From Bdellovibrionota bacterium (lineage in GTDB: Bacteria; Bdellovibrionota; Bdellovibrionia; Bdellovibrionales; JAEYZS01), in the NCBI GenBank assembly GCA_040386775.1, contig JAZKEU010000008.1, forward strand, positions 169,184-233,183: a stretch of DNA of 64,000 nucleotides, written 5' to 3'. Below the pieces are notes generated by a model that was not told the origin of the DNA, did not search any database, and saw nothing but the letters and a program-made list of their open reading frames with translations. Below, piece after piece: positions 15,481-24,024 of the stretch (positions are counted from its first letter, which is position 1; every line of letters starts with the position of its first letter). Both the position numbers and the translations under genes were made by a program.

Positions 15481-17514
15481 CTAGTTACATGGAACAGATT
15501 CTTTTACGACAGATCCTGAATATCCTGCGGCTCCAGAAGAACCACCGCTCGAAGAGATGCCTCCGCTACCACCATTCAACTGAAGATTGAGCAGGGCAGA
15601 GGTCACAGGTATTGTCGATGTATTGCAACCGATGATATGGACTCTGCCTCCGCCGCCACCGCCGCCGCCAGATCCATTTGTCGCAGCACCAGACACAAGA
15701 CCACCATTTCCACCGTAAGCTTGAATATCCATTTGTGCTGTTCCGGGAGCAGTAAAGTTTTGGAACCCGAGAAGAGTTGATCCTCCAGCACCACCACCAC
15801 CAGATCCATAATTTGCGTAGGAGGAGTTGGACTGTCCGTCATCACCATTGTTACTAATAATTACGTTAGCATTTGTATCTACATTCAAGTTTTTTGCCAT
15901 AATATAAATTATACCGCCACCAGATCCGCCAGTACTTGCTAAGCTATTGATGCTACTTCCACCAGCACCACCCATAAATATTTTGTGTGTTAAAAATCCA
16001 AAGCAAGATCCATCACCGCAATCATCACCAACACCTTGGCCACCAATTTGCGCTCCACCTCCGCCTGTGCCACCACTTCCAGAGTAAGGCGAAGCTGTGC
16101 CGATAGGATTTCCATGTCCGCCACCACCGGCGCCTCTAGCATCAGGAGAACAGCTTCCTCCAGATCCTGTATCCGTTGGACTTGCTACACAAGTTAGAGA
16201 AGAGGCTCCTCTTGTACCGCTACCGTGACGAGTCGAATTTCCCATATAGCCTGTACCATTTCCATCAATGATAGCGCCATCTAACATAGTTAAATTGTTT
16301 GCAACACGGATTGGTAAAATACCAGAATTTCCCATATTGAGTTCAAACATATCTGGAGCAATGCTCACTCCATTATTTATAGTCAGATTATAAAAGTGAA
16401 GTACTTTTGAAACTCTCATTTTACAAAAATCATTAGCGGGATCAGGTGTTGCCCCAATGTGAGCTACGATTGCAGATTTTAGAGTTGGATCAAAAGCACT
16501 GATTGCAGGATTCCAATCCAACTTATCAAAGAATGTTCCTTTGGAAATATAAATCCCATAGTTGGGAGTCGAAGTGACTGCCACCACTCGACCAAATTGA
16601 TAACGCCCATCCCAGGCACGATATCCACAAGGACCGATGGTAGGAACACCATTAAGCACAGTCCATGCACCAGATTGACCTTGAATCGTTAACATCACTT
16701 CATCGTCAACCGCAATGCCCGAAGGAAAAGCGGAAGTTTGGATAAACGTATAAGCTTCGTTGGGATTTGCAGGTTGAGTATTAAAATTTGTAACCTGAAA
16801 TGAAGCACCACCTAGGCCTGAGTAAGTTGTGCTTGTACTGATTGTATCTGTACCATCTGCAATAGTTTTATCTCCGAAATAAAGCGGAGCATGTTCAAAG
16901 TTAAAATCGGGCCCAGAGCAATCATCAATTTTTAATGTTGTAGCATTCACTGTGACAGGAACCGTAACAGCTACGCTTCCAGGAGAAAGATCTTTAATTA
17001 TTTTTCCCAAAATATGTGGTTCTGAGAGCGACAATCCACTGACATCAGTAGTTTTAAAATTTGTGCAAGCTCCGGCGGTGGCTTTGAATCCAACTATCGT
17101 GATTTCCCTTTGAGATCCAGAAGGAACTTCAAGGGAGAGGGTAGCGCCTGCGGCGATACCGCCGACAAAACGACCCACTTTTAAATTTTGTCCAGTGGTT
17201 GTAACACAGGTATTTCTGCTCATATCAGATTCTGGGCCTGAAACAGCGATCATATAACAATTCACATCAGCAATGGTTTCGGGATTGAGAGATGAGTTCC
17301 ACTCCGCACCGTTATCTTCACTTTGCACAGAAACGCTCTGCATGCTCATAGGTTCTGAGTATTTAAATTCTGTTATTTTAGAACTCATTCCAGCGGGCAA
17401 TGAAATCTGAAGGATAGAGCTATCCTGAACTTTTCTGCTACAGCTTGTATTGAATAGAATTACAAACGCAGAAATTACGAATAAAAATAAAACCTTATTT
17501 TTAGATAAGTTCAT
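15481..17514 (-). CDS. glycine-rich (predicted beta-solenoid) surface lipoprotein
   Basis: The start is moved to M44 (MNLSKNKVLFLFVISAFVILFNTSCS, signal plus Cys). The C-terminal half is made of GGxGG/GSGGG runs interleaved with short hydrophobic strands (GGSGGGIIYIMAKNLNV, GGGGGGGGRVHIIG). It ends 7 nt from the convergent HTH gene. Confidence 0.6.
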   Translation of the reverse strand: MNLSKNKVLFLFVISAFVILFNTSCSRKVQDSSILQISLPAGMSSKITEFKYSEPMSMQSVSVQSEDNGAEWNSSLNPETIADVNCYMIAVSGPESDMSRNTCVTTTGQNLKVGRFVGGIAAGATLSLEVPSGSQREITIVGFKATAGACTNFKTTDVSGLSLSEPHILGKIIKDLSPGSVAVTVPVTVNATTLKIDDCSGPDFNFEHAPLYFGDKTIADGTDTISTSTTYSGLGGASFQVTNFNTQPANPNEAYTFIQTSAFPSGIAVDDEVMLTIQGQSGAWTVLNGVPTIGPCGYRAWDGRYQFGRVVAVTSTPNYGIYISKGTFFDKLDWNPAISAFDPTLKSAIVAHIGATPDPANDFCKMRVSKVLHFYNLTINNGVSIAPDMFELNMGNSGILPIRVANNLTMLDGAIIDGNGTGYMGNSTRHGSGTRGASSLTCVASPTDTGSGGSCSPDARGAGGGGHGNPIGTASPYSGSGGTGGGGAQIGGQGVGDDCGDGSCFGFLTHKIFMGGAGGSSINSLASTGGSGGGIIYIMAKNLNVDTNANVIISNNGDDGQSNSSYANYGSGGGGAGGSTLLGFQNFTAPGTAQMDIQAYGGNGGLVSGAATNGSGGGGGGGGRVHIIGCNTSTIPVTSALLNLQLNGGSGGISSSGGSSGAAGYSGSVVKESVPCN

Positions 17515-17787
17515 TATAAAACCCCAATGACGTTCCATTATGCTGTTAATACTACTTATCGGAAGTTTTGAAGGTTGAACTTTAAGAACTCTTAATATCG
17601 TTTTGATACGTATTTTTATGGAACTTGAGTGCTTTTTAAGCATTTTTTAAGCTCTGCATCTACTCGTAATGTAACGTTTGAATTTCATGAATTTAAGTGA
17701 TTACATGACTCCTCAAACTGTTCTTTAAGTGTGGCCGAATACTAGCCACCATATGTTTTACAGAAATGTTTATGGAGTACCTAAAAT

Positions 17788-18900
17788 ATGAAGCTTTTTG
17801 ATCTTATCGAGAAACAAGGTGAACACGAAGAAATCGTTATCTGTCATAACAAAGATGCAGGTCTTAAAGCCATCATCGCAATCCATAACACAGCTTTGGG
17901 TCCAGCCCTCGGCGGAACAAGAATGTGGAATTACGCATCGGATGAAGAAGCGTTAGTGGATGTGCTTAGACTTTCAAAAGGTATGACTTACAAGGCAGCT
18001 GCTAGCGGATTGAACCTTGGAGGCGGTAAAGCAGTTATCATTGGCGATCCAAAAACACAAAAAAACGAAGCACTATTTAGAGCTTTCGGACAGTACGTGC
18101 AGTCTTTAAACGGTCGATACATTACGGCAGAAGATGTGGGTACGAGCGAAAAAGATATGGAATGGATTTACGCAGAAACTCGTTGGGTCACTGGAATTTC
18201 AAAAGCGTTAGGCGGATCAGGCGATCCATCACCATTCACTGCACACGGTGTTTTGATGGGGATTAAAGCTTCTGTAAAAGAACAGCTAAAAACAGATTCA
18301 CTCAAAGGTGTTCGTATAGCGGTTCAAGGTTTAGGAAACGTGGGTTACCACTTGGTTCAGTATCTAATTAAAGAAGGTGCGCAAGTTACAGTTGCAGATA
18401 TCGACACTGACAAATGTAAAAAAGTAGAAAAAGAATTTAACGTTAAAGTAGTGGATAAGGATCAAATTCTCTTCACAGAGTGTGATGTTCTAGCTCCTTG
18501 TGCATTGGGTGCAATCTTTAACGATCAAACAATACCTAAAGTAAAAGCAAAAATCATCGCGGGTGGGGCAAACAACCAATTGGCAGAACAACGACATGGA
18601 CAAGCACTTAAAGAAGTCGGAATTCTATATGCTCCAGACTATGTGATCAATGCTGGTGGTTTAATGAACGTATTCGTAGAATTAGAAAATTACTCTCCAG
18701 AAAGAGCGTTTGCTAAGACTCAAACTATTTACGATAACACTCTCGCTATTTTTGATATCGCGAAAAAAGAAAACATCCCTACTAATCTTGCAGCGGATAA
18801 ACTTGCAGAAAGACGTATCGCTCAAATCGGGAAGTTAAAACAAAAGCATAGCGGATATTCTCCAAGAACATACGGTACGCTTAAAGTTGAAGACAGATAG
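17788..18900 (+). CDS. leucine dehydrogenase (Glu/Leu/Phe/Val dehydrogenase family)
   Basis: Collinear with remembered Bacillus LeuDH: AIIAIHNTALGPALGGTRMW, GMTYKAAASGLNLGGGKAVIIGDP, NGRYITAEDVGT, VQGLGNVG, YAPDYVINAGG. Confidence 0.92.
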   Translation: MKLFDLIEKQGEHEEIVICHNKDAGLKAIIAIHNTALGPALGGTRMWNYASDEEALVDVLRLSKGMTYKAAASGLNLGGGKAVIIGDPKTQKNEALFRAFGQYVQSLNGRYITAEDVGTSEKDMEWIYAETRWVTGISKALGGSGDPSPFTAHGVLMGIKASVKEQLKTDSLKGVRIAVQGLGNVGYHLVQYLIKEGAQVTVADIDTDKCKKVEKEFNVKVVDKDQILFTECDVLAPCALGAIFNDQTIPKVKAKIIAGGANNQLAEQRHGQALKEVGILYAPDYVINAGGLMNVFVELENYSPERAFAKTQTIYDNTLAIFDIAKKENIPTNLAADKLAERRIAQIGKLKQKHSGYSPRTYGTLKVEDR

Positions 18901-18988
18901 AATCGGGTATTTAATGGTGGGATACGTCCTGGGGCTAACGCGTGCTTTTGTGTTTAGTATTTGAAGAGGGGCTTGAGGGCACTTGTTA

Positions 18989-19025
18989 ACAGCTGAAAAA
19001 GTATTTTCAGCTGTCTTTCTTTTGG
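18989..19025 (+). terminator. rho-independent terminator of the leucine dehydrogenase gene
   Basis: 11-bp perfect stem ACAGCTGAAAA / TTTTCAGCTGT with a 4-nt loop, followed by the T-rich tract CTTTCTTTTGGTTTT. Confidence 0.7.
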
Positions 19026-19039
19026 TTTTCTTATTTTCT

Positions 19040-19591
19040 TTAAGCTTGAAGTCTCATAGATCTCAACCAGGCATTAAAAGAATTTAAGTAAGAAAGCCTT
19101 TCTTGATATCCTTTTCTAGATTCTAAGCGATTAGCTTCAAAATAACCTTTTAATTGAAATAACTCATAACTCGATTGAATCACTCTAGTGAATGCTAAAC
19201 CATCCCAGAACTTTCCAAACTTAAACCCCTTCCTAGCTCCCGTTACTTTTCTTGCAATCATGGCCGTGGTTGATTTTAGAAACTTCTGAAATCCTATTCT
19301 TGAATGTGGTTTTACCTTTAAATGAAGATGATTTCCCATGTTTACGTAATCAGTAATCTCTACGCCATGCTTTGAGGCTTGTTTTCTTAGGATGTATTTC
19401 ACTTGTGTCATATTTTTAGGATGAGAGAGGCTTAAGGGACCTTTGGCTTTCTTAGATTTCAAAACCAAATGAGACCACTTTTTGGTGGAAATAGGACGAG
19501 CGGTTTTTCTTTTACCTTCGGTAAGGCCTCCGTGAGATTTTTTATTAGAAACATTAAGATTTTTAAGAAAATTTGTTTGTGTTGATTTCAT
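19040..19591 (-). CDS. IS200/RAYT-like Y1 HUH transposase-fold protein (solitary)
   Basis: HUH motif NHLHLKV, then FWDGLAFTRVI and the Tyr region LKGYFEANRLE, in the order typical of Y1 transposases/REP-associated tyrosine transposases. The start is set at the ATG at M13, because the ORF-track start is TTG. Confidence 0.5.
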   Translation of the reverse strand: MKSTQTNFLKNLNVSNKKSHGGLTEGKRKTARPISTKKWSHLVLKSKKAKGPLSLSHPKNMTQVKYILRKQASKHGVEITDYVNMGNHLHLKVKPHSRIGFQKFLKSTTAMIARKVTGARKGFKFGKFWDGLAFTRVIQSSYELFQLKGYFEANRLESRKGYQERLSYLNSFNAWLRSMRLQA

Positions 19592-19714
19592 ATGGGGCAA
19601 TATAATAAATTTGACAAAAAATTTCAAGGATCATTATAAAAAAATGCAATGAGTTATTGAGTTTCTGGCTACGATGGCTAGCAGATAGAGGGTTCACAAT
19701 ATTATTTGTGGATC

Positions 19715-21061
19715 TTATTTGCGTCCAAGGTCTGCTACAAAAAGATTTTGCATATATTGATTGTAAACTTGATTTGGTGATAAATATCCGTCAGTAAAAT
19801 CATAAAATTTAAAATATTTTTTTAGGTCATATTTTTTATTAGTTGATACTCCCCAAATAGCCGCAGTCTGGAATCTTTCTGCTTTAGTCCAATTTTTTCG
19901 AATGATTTCGAATTGCTCTTTAGCGCAGGCAGTATCCTCACAGATTTCATATAATTTTTGATTATAAGATGTCATTTTATAAACATCATACAAATCAATT
20001 TCTCTTTGCTCTAATAACGAGATTACATACTCTCTTAAGGGTTTACGCATTTTTATTGGACCGACATAAAGCATGTATAAAGCTCTAGTTGAGAGTTTGG
20101 GAAAAATAGAAATATCCTCTTTTGTCCACTTTTCTGATTTTTTGCCTAAAAACCAACTTCCATTCTTTTTCATTTCATCGAAGAATACATCGGCAGCAGG
20201 TATATAAGCCCCGGGAATAGTCGTCGCATAGAGAATATCATACAAAGAATTTACAATTAGTTTAGGTGTATCCGCCGTTAATATTCCTAACGGAGCCGTG
20301 TAAGGTGCAAGAGCAGGGACCATGGATAATAGAGATAATTTTTCTATTTCTTCAGATCCTGTTCCATTATCGTTACCGTTAATTATATTAGCTCGACTTA
20401 AAAGTTTAAAAACGATGGATGCACAATTGTTAGTTTTAAATTTATAACCGTTTTTTCCATAGGATAAAGGGCGATTATTAAGATCAAGAAAGGCACTGAT
20501 CAAATTTCTTCTCATAAGATCTGTGGTTGGAATAATTGTTCGTGTTATAGAACGATACTCTCCACGATGATATTGAATTAGAAAATCCATAAATGTCATT
20601 ATTCGAGGAATAATAGTATAGCCACCCATCATTCCTTTACCCATCTCTACATCAGGATCATCAATAAATGCCTCTGGGCCAATAACTATATCTTCAAGAG
20701 GGTCTTCCCCCATAATCAATCTGATCGTGGAATGCCCAAAGGCACTTGCGATTTCATTTATGTTGGATCCAGCTGTTAAAAGCTCGATTCCATAAATAGG
20801 TTTAGTTTTCAAATTTTCTAGAAATATTTTTGTATCAGCTCGAACAAAGTTTAATTCTTTAGCCTTCTTTATTTTAAAACGTTTAAGCTCTTGCTCTTTT
20901 ATTATTCTTTCAGCTCGGGCAGCGTGCTCTTGTCTTTTCTTTACTTCTTCATAAAAAGGATCGTAGAGTTTTCTTTCATAGGAAAAAGCAGGTGTGCTCA
21001 CACTAAAAATCAATATTATCTGAAGTATAATTTTTAAGTGCTGCACAAATCCTGCTTTCAA
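19715..21061 (-). CDS. exported hypothetical protein, DUF4105-like (FGHS motif)
   Basis: Signal peptide. The segment NEIASAFGHSTIRLIMGE resembles the DUF4105/Lnb N-terminal signature as I recall it, which is weak evidence. Confidence 0.4.
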   Translation of the reverse strand: MKAGFVQHLKIILQIILIFSVSTPAFSYERKLYDPFYEEVKKRQEHAARAERIIKEQELKRFKIKKAKELNFVRADTKIFLENLKTKPIYGIELLTAGSNINEIASAFGHSTIRLIMGEDPLEDIVIGPEAFIDDPDVEMGKGMMGGYTIIPRIMTFMDFLIQYHRGEYRSITRTIIPTTDLMRRNLISAFLDLNNRPLSYGKNGYKFKTNNCASIVFKLLSRANIINGNDNGTGSEEIEKLSLLSMVPALAPYTAPLGILTADTPKLIVNSLYDILYATTIPGAYIPAADVFFDEMKKNGSWFLGKKSEKWTKEDISIFPKLSTRALYMLYVGPIKMRKPLREYVISLLEQREIDLYDVYKMTSYNQKLYEICEDTACAKEQFEIIRKNWTKAERFQTAAIWGVSTNKKYDLKKYFKFYDFTDGYLSPNQVYNQYMQNLFVADLGRK

Positions 21062-21070
21062 AATAATTTA

Positions 21071-21571
21071 CTAATCTGCCAAAAGTTGATTTTTTACAAC
21101 CATAACAACTTCATTAAAAGTTAAAAGTTTTTCAGGATTTTGACAAAGAGCATTTTTTGCATTCAAAGATTGTATTGTTTTTGCTACCTGAGCAGATGAA
21201 ATTTTAGATTTTGTATCTCTATTTAAGGCTTGAGTTGCTTTGGTTAGGTAAAGTCCTGCTCCGACTTCAGACTCTTGAAATAAGCTTATTACTGAATTTA
21301 AACTTACAGCACGTAAGTGTTGTGCTGTAAGTACCGTTGATGATGTACCAGATACAGCTAGTCCCGTTCCCAGACCTTTACTAGGAGAGTCGACTGTAAC
21401 AGCAGCAAGCATACCTAAACTTGTACCTGATATAAGACCATTTCCAGCCGTATTGATTCGGCTAATTAGTGTATGTTCTTTTTGTTCATTATATATTTCT
21501 GTACAATCAGCAAATGAAACCTGAGCTGATAATATTCCTGCAAATACTGCTAAAATAAATTTCTTTGTCAT
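21071..21571 (-). CDS. exported hypothetical protein
   Basis: The start is moved to M53 (MTKKFILAVFAGILSAQVSFA), which is preceded by a GGAG SD. The longer ORF-track N-terminus lacks an SD. Confidence 0.5.
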   Translation of the reverse strand: MTKKFILAVFAGILSAQVSFADCTEIYNEQKEHTLISRINTAGNGLISGTSLGMLAAVTVDSPSKGLGTGLAVSGTSSTVLTAQHLRAVSLNSVISLFQESEVGAGLYLTKATQALNRDTKSKISSAQVAKTIQSLNAKNALCQNPEKLLTFNEVVMVVKNQLLAD

Positions 21572-21738
21572 AATTTTCTCCTGTTTTTTTAACTTTATTT
21601 CTATCCAAAGTGATATTAATGCATATTGAATGCCATGATAAATAGAATTTATTGCATTTAAAAAAAATGAAGTGTCTAATTCGAAAAATAGGTGACGTAA
21701 AAGGGCAGAGCAAATTATACGCAACATTTATACAACAA

Positions 21739-23469
21739 TTAAGCAGCAGCTTTTTTCTTATAATTCTGTACGATCTTGTAAACGCCAGATTCGATAAATA
21801 GATCAACAAGATTCTTGTCGAGTTTACCTTCTTTGACTTCAAGATTTAAAATATCAAGTGCTCGTTCATTAGAAACTGATTTCTTATAAGCTCTATCCAT
21901 TGCCGTTAAGGCGTCATAGATATCACAGATTGTCATCATTCTAGATTGAATTGGAATCTGATCTGATTTGAGTCCACGAGGGTAGCCAGTTCCATCCAAT
22001 TTCTCGTGATGGGCGTGAGCAATTTCAGGAATACCACCTAAATCATCTGTCCAAGCAATTTGATATAAAAACGTGAAGGTATGTGATACGTGAGATTCAA
22101 TTTCTTTTCTTTCTTCTGGAGAAAGAGTTCCTCTTGGAATCAATAATCTTTGCTTTTCTTCTGGCATTAAAATCGTACGATTCACATTCTTAGAAAGAGT
22201 TTCGATGAATTCCACTAATTCTTTAATGTTCAAATCACCTTGAAGAACTTGGGACTCGTTGGCCTTAACAATAGATTCACGGATTTGTTCGATCTTTCTA
22301 TTGAATCCATCCACTTTCCAAAGAGCCTGTGCCAGTTGAGTTTTTTGATCATTTGCAGTGTGCACCAGATGAGCGCAGCCCGAAGAGGCACAAATGTGAG
22401 GCTTTTCTTGAAGAGTTTTTAATTCTTCAACCACCTCTGTAGCTTGCTCTGCAATCTCTCTCCAAACTGTAGCCTCGTTCTTGTACTTGATGGTATCAAG
22501 TCTTTGCATGATGCTCTCAAGCTCATAAGGATAAAGTTTTTTAGCTTTTAAGAGAACATTTTCTTTTACGCCGATTTTACCAAAATCATGAAGTAGGGCA
22601 GCGTAACGAAGTTCTCTCATCTGTTGTAAAGAGAAATTGATTTCTTTATATATACCTAATTTTGAAGCATCTACTTTTTCCGCCATCCCACAAGTCAAAT
22701 CTGCAACACGGTCACTATGACCAGATGTCGATGGATCTCTGGATTCGATGGCGGTAACTGATGCTTTTACGAAACTATCAAATAGTTTTTCGATATCTTG
22801 GGTTAGTTTTGCATTCTCAAGGGCAACGGCTGCATGAGAGGCGAAGGCTTCCATCAGTCTGATGTCATGGCTTGAATAAGCGATCACGTTTTCCATAGAA
22901 ATCGGTTGAGCTTTTTTGTTCTTTGGATCTGTTGTTCTGCGGTAAATTTTAGTTTTATTCACCAATTGCACAACGCCTACAACACGGCCTTTGTTTGTCT
23001 TAATGGGAACGGCGAGAACAGATTTTGTTTTGTAATTGTAACTCTTGTCAAAATCGTAGTTGAATGTGAATGGCGTATCTTTTGGAAGTTCATAGCAATC
23101 TTTGATTGTGATAGATTCTGTAGAAAGAGCTACGTAACCAGCGATGCTTGAGTTATCGATGTTCATGAATTTGTTGTATTCTTGGATATAAGATAAACTT
23201 TTGTTTAAACTCTTATGGAATTTTAATTTGTGGCTGAATTTAGGGCGAGCACCACCCATGCTATCTTGTGGAACTTTTTCGATCAAATAAATGCTACCGC
23301 CATCACTTTGAGTGTTGTTGATGGCTTCTTCTAATATCATATCGAGAATTTTTTCGGTCTCATGTTCAGAGGATAAAGCTTTACCTACATCCAAGAGAGC
23401 TTGTAACTCACTTTGATCTTCAACAGGAACTGACCTAGGCATGTTATTTTTCTTAGTTATTTTTCTCAT
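21739..23469 (-). CDS. GAF-domain HD-GYP family phosphohydrolase (putative c-di-GMP phosphodiesterase)
   Basis: HSDRVADL, LHDFGKIGV and HHEKLDGTGYPRGL motifs, with an N-terminal ~200-aa GAF-like region. A long helical insert separates the HD and GYP motifs. Confidence 0.85.
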   Translation of the reverse strand: MRKITKKNNMPRSVPVEDQSELQALLDVGKALSSEHETEKILDMILEEAINNTQSDGGSIYLIEKVPQDSMGGARPKFSHKLKFHKSLNKSLSYIQEYNKFMNIDNSSIAGYVALSTESITIKDCYELPKDTPFTFNYDFDKSYNYKTKSVLAVPIKTNKGRVVGVVQLVNKTKIYRRTTDPKNKKAQPISMENVIAYSSHDIRLMEAFASHAAVALENAKLTQDIEKLFDSFVKASVTAIESRDPSTSGHSDRVADLTCGMAEKVDASKLGIYKEINFSLQQMRELRYAALLHDFGKIGVKENVLLKAKKLYPYELESIMQRLDTIKYKNEATVWREIAEQATEVVEELKTLQEKPHICASSGCAHLVHTANDQKTQLAQALWKVDGFNRKIEQIRESIVKANESQVLQGDLNIKELVEFIETLSKNVNRTILMPEEKQRLLIPRGTLSPEERKEIESHVSHTFTFLYQIAWTDDLGGIPEIAHAHHEKLDGTGYPRGLKSDQIPIQSRMMTICDIYDALTAMDRAYKKSVSNERALDILNLEVKEGKLDKNLVDLFIESGVYKIVQNYKKKAAA

Positions 23470-23740
23470 TCACCGCTTTCAACTTTATGCATATCACCGA
23501 TGCCACCAATAAATTTATCGTCTTAACTTTTACCAAACTGAATTAAATTACTGGAAAAACTTATTAATTTGAATTTTACTAGCGGTAGAACTTATAGTTG
23601 TTTCATTTCAACACGTTATGAATTTTCTAAAAAGTTTCTACACTTTGGTCTCCGGACCTCCGAATAGTGGATTGTCCGAAAATTTAACTAGAAACCAGAC
23701 GTTCGGACATTACTTAAAGACTTAAAAGGGGAACAACACA

Positions 23741-23965
23741 ATGGCAAAAGAAAATAAGCAACCAAATACAAATCCGGCACCTGGGAAAGTTTTAGAATTA
23801 CCAAAAAAGTGTAGAGGTGAAGGCTGCTCAAAGAAAGATACAAGAGCGGGATTCTGCGAAGAACACTATATGTGGTTTAAAGAAGGTCTTGTAAACAAAG
23901 ACGGTGTTAAGGTTTCTGACTTCGACAAAAAAATGCAGGCTCTTCAAAGACGTAAAGCTGCTTAA
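23741..23965 (+). CDS. small basic Cys/His-containing protein (possible zinc ribbon)
   Basis: 74 aa with an AAAAGGGGA SD. Contains CRGEGCSKKDTRAGFCEEH (C-x4-C-x10-C-x2-H). A strong terminator follows. Confidence 0.5.
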   Translation: MAKENKQPNTNPAPGKVLELPKKCRGEGCSKKDTRAGFCEEHYMWFKEGLVNKDGVKVSDFDKKMQALQRRKAA

Positions 23966-23988
23966 GATATCATAAATAATATGTTTCC

Positions 23989-24024
23989 AAAAAAGCTCAG
24001 TGATTTCTCCCTGAGCTTTTTTTT
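23989..24024. terminator. bidirectional rho-independent terminator
   Basis: Stem AGCTCAG / CTGAGCT with a 10-nt loop, flanked by A6 upstream and T8 downstream. It serves the convergent genes ending at 23965 and 24024. Confidence 0.75.

Noticed and set aside
15600-16200. GC-rich, highly repetitive ccacc/gccgcc tracts that superficially look like a tandem-repeat or CRISPR-like array
   Set aside because: They are in frame within the long minus-strand ORF and simply encode Gly runs (GGN codons). There is no regular repeat-spacer periodicity.
21507-21842. 111-aa minus-strand ORF spanning the junction of the HD-GYP gene and the downstream exported-protein gene
   Set aside because: It overlaps both neighbours. 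The better model is the SD-supported start at 21571 for the downstream gene.
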